DNA of 26,354 bases from a virus. Its lineage: Duplodnaviria > Caudoviricetes. The stretch's first letter is position 1. Every line of letters starts with the position of its first letter. The DNA lies in IMG/VR virus record IMGVR_UViG_3300005613_000358, positions 1-26,354 of that record; one strand, given 5' to 3'. Both the position numbers and the translations under genes were made by a program. The notes beneath the pieces are model-generated. The model ran no database searches, was not told the origin of the DNA, and worked only from the letters and a program-made list of their open reading frames with translations. This document shows, one piece after another, positions 16,490 to 26,200 of this stretch.

Positions 16490-17878
16490 TTATATAGCTA
16501 TTTTTCCAATTTTGATTGCTTCAAAATTAACAACATCTCCACCAACTCTTTTCCTTGTATAGAATTGAATAAAAGGAGTCACTGTATAAGGATCTCTTAG
16601 CATTGTTATACCAAGACGATCAACTATCATATAAGCTTCTTTCCAATATGCTATAGCTACCGATAAAGCACCAGCAGCCACTGCTGGCATAGTAGTACTC
16701 ATTTTTACAGAAAGACCTAAAATAGTAGCTTGACTATCTTTATCAAAACCAGGTTTCCAAATATAATTACCAGTACCATCTTTTAAATACATAGCATCAG
16801 CAACAGTACCTCTAGCCATTAACCATGTACCTCTATTTAGATATTGTTCTAACAAAGAATATTTTACTTTGATAAAACCATCAGCAGTCAAAGCAGCTGC
16901 AGCACCCATATTTACTTGCTCAATCTGACCATAATCAGTACCATTAGCATAAGACAAAAAGCCACGAGGCTTTCCAATACCATCACCAGTAACAAATGCA
17001 GCAGCTTCACCACGAGCAAAACGACTAGCAACTTTATCAGCCAACCAATTCTGAATATTAATTCCAGAATCCTCTAATAAAGTTTGAGTAGCTCTTGGTT
17101 TTGCATACATTACATGTACAGGTATTCTCTTTTTCTTTAAAGTAGGAGTATCTGTCTCAGCACCAGCTTCAGTCTCAGACTCCCAACCCCAACCAGCTTG
17201 ACCCCAATCAACCATCCACTCAATTGCTTGAGTTGTAATAGTCTCAATTGCTGCCAATTGTCTAACAGGATCAGACTCATATTGTTTAGTTATAATTCTA
17301 GAGGACATTGCAGGTGTTACTGTATATCCACCATCAGGATCAACTCCAACTGACAATGATTTAAATTGCTCAGGCATCAAATTCCTTTGATCACCCTTCA
17401 TCCTAAGAAAAGACTCAAAAGATTTCTTATACTCAGCATACTCTTCTAAATTAGGACTAATATTAGACATATCTTTAAAAGAAACACCAGATTTTGTACT
17501 ACATACTTTAGCAGCCTTATAAAAATCTAAAGCTTCTTTTTCTAATTTAATATCTTGCTCTGTCATATTATTAGGTAATCTTTGTAAAGATGTTTCAATA
17601 CTATCAGCTCTTTTAGTCCATTCTTCATCTAAAGCTGTCTGTCTTGTAACAATATCTTCTGATAATTTAGTAACTTGCTCTTTAATATCAGAAGCCATCT
17701 TCTCACCATAATTATCCACAACAGATTTTAATTGCTCATGAGTTTTTCGCAACTCATCATAATTTGCTTTGCTGTTATCTCCTAATGATTTAATTTCAGC
17801 CACAACAGCAGAAACAACATCAGGCTCAGTTGTAGGAACCTCTTGTCCATTTATATTAACAGTTTTTAAATCAGGCAT
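16490..17878 (-). CDS. Major capsid protein, HK97 family
   Basis: Coiled-coil delta domain then LSVGVDPDGGYTV, TQTLLEDS, FVTGDGIGKPRGFL, LKDGTGNYIW, YMIVDRLGITMLRDPY, RVGGDV; AGGAGG RBS. Confidence 0.97.
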   Translation of the reverse strand: MPDLKTVNINGQEVPTTEPDVVSAVVAEIKSLGDNSKANYDELRKTHEQLKSVVDNYGEKMASDIKEQVTKLSEDIVTRQTALDEEWTKRADSIETSLQRLPNNMTEQDIKLEKEALDFYKAAKVCSTKSGVSFKDMSNISPNLEEYAEYKKSFESFLRMKGDQRNLMPEQFKSLSVGVDPDGGYTVTPAMSSRIITKQYESDPVRQLAAIETITTQAIEWMVDWGQAGWGWESETEAGAETDTPTLKKKRIPVHVMYAKPRATQTLLEDSGINIQNWLADKVASRFARGEAAAFVTGDGIGKPRGFLSYANGTDYGQIEQVNMGAAAALTADGFIKVKYSLLEQYLNRGTWLMARGTVADAMYLKDGTGNYIWKPGFDKDSQATILGLSVKMSTTMPAVAAGALSVAIAYWKEAYMIVDRLGITMLRDPYTVTPFIQFYTRKRVGGDVVNFEAIKIGKIAI

Positions 17879-17893
17879 TCTATATCCTCCTTT

Positions 17894-18754
17894 TTAAGAA
17901 CACAATGTGTGAACTTTCATTTCAGTATTAACTTTGCGTAATTTAGAAAGTATTTCATTATAATCTTTAGTCGATTTTTGTTTTAATTCTAAAGCTTCTT
18001 TTAATTCAGAATCATCCTCATGTTTTTCACCAGGATAATTATCTTTCTTTTCAGTTTTATTAGAATCATCTTTTTTGCTTTCTAAATTGACATTCTCTTC
18101 TTCTTTCTCCTCTGACTCCCTCAAAGAAGGTTTACTTAATTTAACCACATACTGTGCATCAGCTTTTGAAAGTCCTGACTCCCTCAGAGCATTCTCTAAC
18201 TCACGTTCAGTTTTAGCTTTGTCAATTGCCTTTACTTTTGTAATATTGGCATTAACTTTCGCAGGAAATGTCACCGGACTAATCTCCCACAATTCTACAT
18301 TCTTTAATAATCTAACCATATTAGCTTCGTCTTTCCATTCAAAAGAATCTAACAAAACTTTACCTTTAGAATCTTTCATAAAATCCCATCCAATAGAAAG
18401 ACCTTTTACTGCTCCTTGTCTCATAAGACTATGAATTTCTTTAGCTCGTTGAACATCAAGATTTAATTGTCCTATGACTTTTAAACCCTTTTCATCTTGT
18501 ACTATTGATTTCCAAATTCCTATTGGTTGCCTTACATCATGATACCATAACATAGCTATACCATTTTTATTACGACCACCCTTTTTTATAGTTTCTCCAA
18601 AAGCACCAGCAGCAATAATATCACCATAACTATCCGGTCTTCCACCAAATACAGAAGCATAACCTTCAAATGTACCATCCTCTTGAATGGAATCAGCTTT
18701 TATATCGAATGGAATATCAATATATTTAGTTTCATAATTCTCTATTTCTGGCAT
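17894..18754 (-). CDS. Prohead protease, HK97 family
   Basis: GTFEGYASVFG, MLWYHD...PIGIW, GLSIG, LWEISPVTFPA. Confidence 0.96.
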   Translation of the reverse strand: MPEIENYETKYIDIPFDIKADSIQEDGTFEGYASVFGGRPDSYGDIIAAGAFGETIKKGGRNKNGIAMLWYHDVRQPIGIWKSIVQDEKGLKVIGQLNLDVQRAKEIHSLMRQGAVKGLSIGWDFMKDSKGKVLLDSFEWKDEANMVRLLKNVELWEISPVTFPAKVNANITKVKAIDKAKTERELENALRESGLSKADAQYVVKLSKPSLRESEEKEEENVNLESKKDDSNKTEKKDNYPGEKHEDDSELKEALELKQKSTKDYNEILSKLRKVNTEMKVHTLCS

Positions 18755-18769
18755 AAACTCTACCTCCCT

Positions 18770-19030
18770 TTATAATTCCTTCTCATATCTTATTCCATGA
18801 TCCCCAGGATATGGTTTTTGATGATCATGTCTATTTAATAATATATCTTGTGGTATTTCTAATGGAAAAGCTTTACATCCTTTTCCTTTTAATTTATGTT
18901 TACAATCTATACATTGAGATATTAATAACTCTCCTGGTTTAGAAACAAATTTATTTGATTTCTTTTCTATTATTTCTATATCATCATCTTCATCTATTTG
19001 CCATTTATTTTCTAAAGTTATTGTTTTCAT
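18770..19030 (-). CDS. Small Cys/His protein, candidate immunity partner of the MuF-ART toxin
   Basis: ATGA overlap with the MuF stop; CIDCKH...CKAFPLEIP...HDHQKPYPGDHGIRY. The ORF is solid; the function is inferred from position. Confidence 0.6.
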   Translation of the reverse strand: MKTITLENKWQIDEDDDIEIIEKKSNKFVSKPGELLISQCIDCKHKLKGKGCKAFPLEIPQDILLNRHDHQKPYPGDHGIRYEKEL

Positions 19031-21183
19031 AATTCTTTAACCACTAATTTTAGTAATTTATTTTCATTATCTAATTCTCTAGATAATATTTTAAATTGAG
19101 CATCAGATGGTATTAATACCTCATTTTCCGATAAATGCCTAGATAAAAATTTAATTGATGCTCCCTTTTTTGTACCTTCTTTTATAATCACTTTAACACC
19201 TTTTTCTGATCCAATAAAATCTTTTACAATAATTTCACTACTAGTTGTTGATGATGTGCCTCCAAAATCTATAATATCCCCAATCTTTGTATTTATAAAT
19301 TTATCATAGCCCCGAGACCTTAAACCTCTATACAAAATATCACCATCAAATTTAGGTGCTACTTTCAACCATTCTTTTATACTTCCACTCATTTCCTTAA
19401 ATTTATTATAATGTGATTCATTATAATTTTGTTTTACAAAATGCTCTATAAACTCTTTAGCATTATGATTTTCAACATATCTTATTCCAGAATAATAATC
19501 TGATGAATATGCCTGTAGATATTGAGTCATCTTCTTTATTTCATCTTCAGTCTTTTTTATACCAACATTATCAAAATCCTTCTTTATTAACATTTTTTTA
19601 TCTGATATATCATCTAATATCAAATGTCCTCTAGTTTTTATCTTTTTAATCTTCTTAATGATTTTAGGTTTTACTTTTATTATAGGTTTAGATTTAATAA
19701 CTTCACAATCTAGTAGGGTATATTCCCCTTTTAATTCCCCAGAAGCCTTAACAACTCTAACTTTATTTATCTTATATTTAGTAGCAGCATCTAATAAAAA
19801 TTCATTTTCATCATGCTTTTTTCCAGGATTAATACCATCAAGAAAAAATCCTTTTGATTTTTTAGGGACTTTCAATCGCATGACAACATCAGCCTTTGTC
19901 ATAACATCCCTATTAGCAGAATACTTCAAAAAATCATCAGCATTTTTCTTCAATAAAGTAGTAGACATAAAAGCTTTATCTTGTAAAACTGTACCGGTAG
20001 CTTTATCCCAATTATGAGTAAAATCTTTAACAGCTCTATAAACTATCATATTTTCTTTTATCAATCCTGATTTATTACTAGCCGAATTTATATTTTTAAT
20101 AGCATTTTGAATTTCAGAAACAGTTAAATCACCAATTTCACTTTTATAATGTTCAGAATCTCTAAGATATTTATTTATTTCCTCATATCTAGAACGTTTA
20201 TAATCTTTTAAAGATTTTATTTCATCTTTCGTTAATTTATTCACCCATCTTTTAGAATCTACTTTTTCCCATTCTGCTATATCATCAGCATTTTTAAACT
20301 CTTTAAAAGATTCTCTTGTTATTGCTGAAACAATAGGTTTAGTTACTGGAATAACAGTTTTCTTAGCAGCATGATATAGTAAAATACACCTGCAAAAGAT
20401 AATGTTACCCGGACTACCATCAGGATCACCGGGATAACTTAATGCTTCACCTGTCCTAATAAATTTTCCATCCTGACTGGTTATTTCCCCATTAGCTAAT
20501 ACATGACTAAAAGTATCACCAATCTTTAATCCTCTAGTTCTTCTAGTAGTAGTTCGCCTAGTTCTTTGATCAATAATAGCTCGCCATTCTCTTTCAAATT
20601 CAACTTTAGTATAATCAAAAGCTTCATCCATTGATTTAACAGATGCTGTATGAATTTCTGTTCTAGCAATTTTATAAGCACGTTGTTTATTTATTAAAGG
20701 AGAAATATTACGCATATCCTTAGCAATCATACCATAGGACTTGCCATCAGCTCTTCCTTTTTCTAATATTAAACGTATATTTTCTCTAGTAATATCATTA
20801 ATATCGACTATTTTTTTAGCAGCTGTTTTTTTAGCCCATACACCATATGTACCCCAATAGTCTTCTTTCATTCCACGAGTCAATGGAACTTCAGCATAAG
20901 TTTTTCCAAATTCTTTTTCAAAAGCATCAAAAGCTTCATCTCCAAAAATAACACCAGTTCTTTTATATAAATTTAGTAATCCTTTATTTAATCTATCTTT
21001 ATTATTTAATATAACACTATCAAAATTAGTAATACCAAATTCTAATAATCTAGCAGCATCTAAAAAGCATCTTCCTAATATAGGAGCTATTAATCTTATA
21101 CCATAATATTCTAATTGCATAGTAGATAGAATGTATTCTCTATGATATCTTGATTTAGCCTTTTCAGTATTCAGATTAATCAT
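19027..21183 (-). CDS. MuF (SPP1 gp7-like) minor head protein fused to two ADP-ribosyltransferase domains
   Basis: MuF: RAYKIARTE, W...DQRTR...H, LSYPGDP...NIIFCRC. ART1: YEEINKYLR, VYRA, FMSTT, ENEFLL. ART2: LYRG, SSTT, ENEVLI. Confidence 0.9.
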   Translation of the reverse strand: MINLNTEKAKSRYHREYILSTMQLEYYGIRLIAPILGRCFLDAARLLEFGITNFDSVILNNKDRLNKGLLNLYKRTGVIFGDEAFDAFEKEFGKTYAEVPLTRGMKEDYWGTYGVWAKKTAAKKIVDINDITRENIRLILEKGRADGKSYGMIAKDMRNISPLINKQRAYKIARTEIHTASVKSMDEAFDYTKVEFEREWRAIIDQRTRRTTTRRTRGLKIGDTFSHVLANGEITSQDGKFIRTGEALSYPGDPDGSPGNIIFCRCILLYHAAKKTVIPVTKPIVSAITRESFKEFKNADDIAEWEKVDSKRWVNKLTKDEIKSLKDYKRSRYEEINKYLRDSEHYKSEIGDLTVSEIQNAIKNINSASNKSGLIKENMIVYRAVKDFTHNWDKATGTVLQDKAFMSTTLLKKNADDFLKYSANRDVMTKADVVMRLKVPKKSKGFFLDGINPGKKHDENEFLLDAATKYKINKVRVVKASGELKGEYTLLDCEVIKSKPIIKVKPKIIKKIKKIKTRGHLILDDISDKKMLIKKDFDNVGIKKTEDEIKKMTQYLQAYSSDYYSGIRYVENHNAKEFIEHFVKQNYNESHYNKFKEMSGSIKEWLKVAPKFDGDILYRGLRSRGYDKFINTKIGDIIDFGGTSSTTSSEIIVKDFIGSEKGVKVIIKEGTKKGASIKFLSRHLSENEVLIPSDAQFKILSRELDNENKLLKLVVKEL

Positions 21184-21425
21184 AACTTAATATTTACTTT
21201 TGGTTCCTTTTCTTTAAAACATTTATAGCATGGTATATAAAATTTAACCTTCAATGGAACTTTTTTTTCTCCCTTTTTATGATCTTGAGGAAGCATCTCA
21301 TCAATATACCCTGTATAACCTCTACCATAACATTGTTTACAATTTTTATTAGCTTTTTCTATTAATACTTCCAATAATTCATCTTCTCGATAAGTTTCTT
21401 TAAAACCTTGTAAAGCTGCTAACAT
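21180..21425 (-). CDS. Small zinc-finger-like protein, 81 aa (start revised to MLAALQ at 21425)
   Basis: AAGGAG RBS upstream of ATG 21425; CKQCYGRG...CYKC resembles a DnaJ-type CxxCxGxG finger. The longer track start falls inside the repeat. Confidence 0.7.
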   Translation of the reverse strand: MLAALQGFKETYREDELLEVLIEKANKNCKQCYGRGYTGYIDEMLPQDHKKGEKKVPLKVKFYIPCYKCFKEKEPKVNIKL

Positions 21426-21471
21426 AATAACTCTCCTTGAATTGTTAATAAAAACTTCTAAAATAAAGACA

Positions 21472-21556
21472 CTGACAGTCATGAAGTGTAATATAACCCA
21501 TTTATATATGGAATGTAATTTCATATCCGTCAGCGATCTGTCACATGCTTTAAATT
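21472..21556. repeat. Dispersed intergenic repeat, copy 2 (stem-loop)
   Basis: 82 of 85 nt identical to 4612-4696, offset 16,860 bp, same orientation. Confidence 0.95.
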
Positions 21557-21564
21557 AGGTGTTA

Positions 21565-21873
21565 TTATTTCTTTGCTGCCTCAAATTTACCACCTCGATT
21601 TTTACAATGATTTTTTGCTGAAGATTCTGTCCATATAGATTTTTTATATCTTAAAGAAGATACTTCAGATTTTCCTCCCTTTATACCAAATATATAATCA
21701 ATACATTTTCCTGCTGATTTTCTAAAACAATTTATTCTATTAAAAGAACTAAATTTTCCAGGATCTTGTAAACGACAACTATGTTCATTAGGAAATGGTT
21801 TTAAAAAATAACTTTTTAATTGAGTATTTAATTCTTGTAATGCTTTATGAATACTTCTAAATATGTAATTCAT
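21565..21873 (-). CDS. Hypothetical head-region protein, 102 aa
   Basis: Starts 3 nt after the portal stop; PFPNEHSCRLQDP...SLRY...WTESSAK...FEAA resembles a small domain seen near phage portal/protease genes (recalled, not searched). Confidence 0.7.
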   Translation of the reverse strand: MNYIFRSIHKALQELNTQLKSYFLKPFPNEHSCRLQDPGKFSSFNRINCFRKSAGKCIDYIFGIKGGKSEVSSLRYKKSIWTESSAKNHCKNRGGKFEAAKK

Positions 21874-21876
21874 AAT

Positions 21877-23265
21877 TTATCTTTCTTTCTCATCTAAAAC
21901 TACTGCTTCTATTTTTAAAGCTTCTTCAGTAGTTATATCTTTTAATAAAGCTATTATTTCCTCTTTTCTATAACCTAATTGTAATAGATGTTTTTCTGCC
22001 TTTTTTTCTTCTTCAGTTTTCTTCTCTTCTTTTATTTCTGGAGTAGTTCCCAATGGAATTAGATTAGCAGGGGTTAATATAATATCTCCTTCTACTCCTA
22101 CAGGATCTTTTCCAACCATTTCTCTTTTTTCATTAATAGTTAAAAAATTAGATTTATTTGCTCGATCCCATAATTTGTCTCGTTTAGGAGCTAGGGCAGG
22201 AATATCTTCCATATTATAATTTAAAGATCTTTTACTGCCTTTTTCATATAACCAATTATTTAATTCACCTCTAATATAATTTGAATACCAACTAACTGAA
22301 TTCTCATAAAAATGTAATCTAGCTTCTTGGTAATTAGCATATTTATTATCTCCTGGGATACCAATTAACTGAGGTGGAACTTTATAACCATTACAAATCT
22401 TTCTTGCTAATTCTCTTCCACCCTCAATATAATCTAAATCCATAGGAGTCCATCCGTAAGGTTTAACTTCTATTCCTGATTCACTTTCCAGTATTAAACT
22501 ATCTCCTGCTCCACTAGAACCAGATTTTGCTCTTATTTGTTTTTCTAATCTATCAAAAGCTTTATCATCAAGAGTTCCATTTACAGTAATAATCATTCCT
22601 GGACGACCTTCATTTTCTAATATTTTCTTATTCCATTCAGTCATCTCATTACTAGTATCAATTTCTCTTGCTATTGGTTCTGTTACAGAAGCTCCCCACC
22701 AATCATCTATTGGATTAAATGATTTTAATTGTAATACATCACATTGTCTAGTAATAGGATCAATATACCAAATTTGTTTTTTGGAATCTACTGAATATTC
22801 ATATCCAGCTAAAAATCCATTACTTTTTAATATTTTCATTCTATCAGGTCTCAATATCCATAATTCACTTGGAATTCCTTTATTTGGACCAGTCATTGGA
22901 GAAATTCTTCTAGGAAAAACATTTCCTGACATTATTAAAAATGCTGATAATTTCATTAACCAGAAAGACCAAGACTCTTCAGGATTTGGTCTTTTAATAG
23001 TTTCAGCCATCATACTATCAGTAATTTGTTTTTTCTTTCCACTCTTAGTTTCTTCAAATTCTCCCCAAGGAATTGAAGCTATACTAGTAGACAATTCATC
23101 TATACATCTATAAGCTATAACATTTTTAAGATAAGTTTCTCTAGCAAAGTTTTCATAATCATTTGGAGTCCAAGATGCATCATTATATCCTGAAGAAATA
23201 GAAAGTTTACTTGTTGTTTCTTTTTTTGCATTAAATTTATTCAATAACCATTTTAACATTTTCAT
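21877..23265 (-). CDS. Portal protein, HK97 family
   Basis: NVIAYRCID...IASIP, RPNP, ELWILRPDRM, ICNGYKVPPQLIG...YANYQEA, LTINEKREMVG; GGAGG RBS lies inside the last codons of the upstream gene. Confidence 0.96.
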   Translation of the reverse strand: MKMLKWLLNKFNAKKETTSKLSISSGYNDASWTPNDYENFARETYLKNVIAYRCIDELSTSIASIPWGEFEETKSGKKKQITDSMMAETIKRPNPEESWSFWLMKLSAFLIMSGNVFPRRISPMTGPNKGIPSELWILRPDRMKILKSNGFLAGYEYSVDSKKQIWYIDPITRQCDVLQLKSFNPIDDWWGASVTEPIAREIDTSNEMTEWNKKILENEGRPGMIITVNGTLDDKAFDRLEKQIRAKSGSSGAGDSLILESESGIEVKPYGWTPMDLDYIEGGRELARKICNGYKVPPQLIGIPGDNKYANYQEARLHFYENSVSWYSNYIRGELNNWLYEKGSKRSLNYNMEDIPALAPKRDKLWDRANKSNFLTINEKREMVGKDPVGVEGDIILTPANLIPLGTTPEIKEEKKTEEEKKAEKHLLQLGYRKEEIIALLKDITTEEALKIEAVVLDEKER

Positions 23266-23268
23266 ATG

Positions 23269-26200
23269 TTACCTCCACAACTCATAAACTTTGAAAAATA
23301 CAGTATCTCCATAACCTGACCAATCTGCAAATCTAAGATATGGCTGTAAAACATATGTACCAGCAACATCAAAATCATCTGTAGCTACTATATACCGTAA
23401 ATAATTATCATTATATATAGTTGGTGTCCAAGTTGTAGTTGAACCATCCCCTTTTATAACTTTAAAAGTATAGATTGTTGCATCTGAGATATCAGTTGCC
23501 ATATCAACTTCAATAATTGTTCCAATATCTCCAACATAAGGTCTTGCAAGATAATTAGAAGTATTTTCAGTTTTCTCTCCATTCAATGAAGACAACAATC
23601 TTATAATTTCTTTATTCAAAAACAATGAACCAGAGCTAGAACTACTACTAAGACTGCTAGAACTAGAACTACTGGAACTGAAACTAGAACTTGAAGAGGA
23701 ACTTGAACTGAAACTAGAACTACTGGAACTAGAACTGCTAAAACTACTACTGGAACTGCTAGAGGAGCTAGAACTAGAACTAGAGCTGGAAGAGCTGGAA
23801 GAACTAGAACTAGAACTAGAACTAGAACTACTGAAACTAGAACTACTCGAAGAACTAGAACTAGAACTACTGGAACTAGAACTAGAACTACTGGAACTAA
23901 AACTAGAAGAACTACTTGAACTTGAAGAAGAACTAAAACTAGAACTTGAAGAAGAACTTGAACTAAAACTAGAACTACTACTTGAACTTGAAGAAGAACT
24001 AAAACTAGAACTTGAAGAAGAACTTGAACTAAAACTAGAACTACTACTTGAACTACTACTAAAACTAGAACTTGAAGAAGAACTTGAACTAAAACTAGAA
24101 CTACTACTTGAACTACTAGAACTAAAACTAGAACTTGAAGAAGAACTTGAACTAAAACTAGAACTACTACTACTAGAAGAACTGAAACTAGAACTTGAAG
24201 AAGAACTTGAACTGTTAGAACTGCTTGAAGAAGAACTACTACTAAAACTACTCGAAGAACTTGAACTAAAACTTGAACTACTACTTGAACTACTACTACT
24301 AAAACTAGAACTTGAAGAAGAACTAAAACTAGAAGAACTAGAAGAACTAAAACTAGAACTAGAAGAAGAACTAAAACTACTTGAACTACTACTACTTGAA
24401 CTTTGACTAGAACTAGAAGAACTAGAGCTAAAACTACTAGAACTAGAACTACTAAAGCTTGAACTTGAAGAAGAACTACTACTAAAACTACTCGAAGAAC
24501 TTGAACTAGAGCTAAAACTACTAGAACTTGAAGAACTAGAAGAACTACTAGAACTTTGACTAGAAGAACTAAAACTAGAAGAACTACTAGAACTGAAACT
24601 TGAACTACTACTACTAGAAGAACTAAAACTTGAACTACTAGAAGAACTAAAACTACTACTACTAGAAGAACTAAAACTTGAACTACTAGAAGAACTAAAA
24701 CTTGAACTACTAGAAGAACTAAAACTAGAAGAACTAGAGCTAAAACTACTAGAACTGGAACTAAAACTTGAACTACTACTACTAGAAGAACTGAAACTTG
24801 AACTTGAAGAAGAACTAGAACTAAAACTACTAGAACTAAAACTTGAACTAGAAGAACTACTAGAACTAAAACTAGAACTAGAAGAAGAACTAAAACTACT
24901 TGAACTACTACTACTTGAACTTTGACTAGAACTAGAAGAACTACTACTGAAACTTGAAGAACTCGAAGAACTTGAACTAAAACTTGAACTACTTGAAGAA
25001 CTCGAACTGAAACTAGAAGAACTAGAACTAAAACTACTACTACTAGAAGAACTGGAACTGAAACTTGAACTACTACTACTAGAAGAACTAAAACTAGAAC
25101 TAGAAGAAGAACTAGAACTAAAACTACTAGAACTTGAAGAACTACTACTGAAACTCGAAGAACTACTACTACTTGAACTAAAACTCAAACTAGAACTACT
25201 ACTTGAACTAAAACTCAAACTAGAACTACTACTTGAACTAAAGCTAGAAGAACTTGAAGAACTCGAACTAAAGCTACTAGAACTAAAACTTGAACTACTA
25301 GAAGAACTTGAACTAAAGCTACTTGAACTAAAAGAACTAGAGCTAAAACTTGAAGAACTAGAAGAACTACTGCTAAAACTACTCGAAGAACTAAAACTAG
25401 AACTTGAACTACTTGAAGAACTACTACTGAAACTAGAAGAACTTGAACTACTAGAACTAAAGCTACTAGAACTAGAAGAACTAAAGCTAGAAGAACTAAA
25501 ACTACTGGAACTTGAAGAACTTGAACTGAAACTCGAAGAACTACTAGAACTTGAACTAAAACTTGAAGAACTACTAGAACTTGAACTAAAACTAGAACTA
25601 CTAGAAGAACTTGAACTAAAACTAGAACTGCTAGAAGAACTAAAGCTAGAACTGCTAAAACTAGAACTACTAGAACTTGAAGAACTAAAACTAGAACTAC
25701 TTGAAGAACTTGAACTAAAGCTAGAACTACTGCTAGAACTAAAGCTACTAGAACTAGAAGAACTAAAACTTGAAGAACTACTACTACTAGAACTGAAACT
25801 AGAACTACTTGAAGAACTTGAACTAAAGCTACTAGAACTAAAGCTACTAGAACTAGAAGAACTAGAGCTAAAACTACTAGAACTTGAAGAACTAGAACTA
25901 AAACTACTAGAACTAAAACTACTGGAACTAAAACTTGAACTTGAACTACTACTTGAACTAAAACTACTGGAACTTGAAGAACTTGAACTGAAACTCGAAG
26001 AACTACTACTACTTGAACTAAAACTCAAACTAGAACTACTTGAACTAAAACTACTAGAACTTGAAGAACTAGAACTAAAACTACTGGAACTGAAACTACT
26101 GGAACTAGAAGAACTTGAACTGAAACTACTAGAACTTGAAGAACTAGAACTAAAACTACTAGAACTAAAACTACTGGAACTTGAACTACTGGAACTTGAA

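Noticed and set aside
21426-21524. N-terminal 33 aa of the 114-aa track ORF
   Set aside because: Lies in the duplicated element; a good RBS supports the start at 21425.
14779-23113. Plus-strand ORFs 14779-14988, 18075-18434, 19658-20017 and 22781-23113
   Set aside because: All antisense to well-supported head genes, with no recognisable motifs.
2437-23265. HK97-type head with Mu-like tail as a novel hybrid; alternative genetic code
   Set aside because: This head-tail combination is known (e.g. SfV-like phages), and genes are full-length under the standard code.
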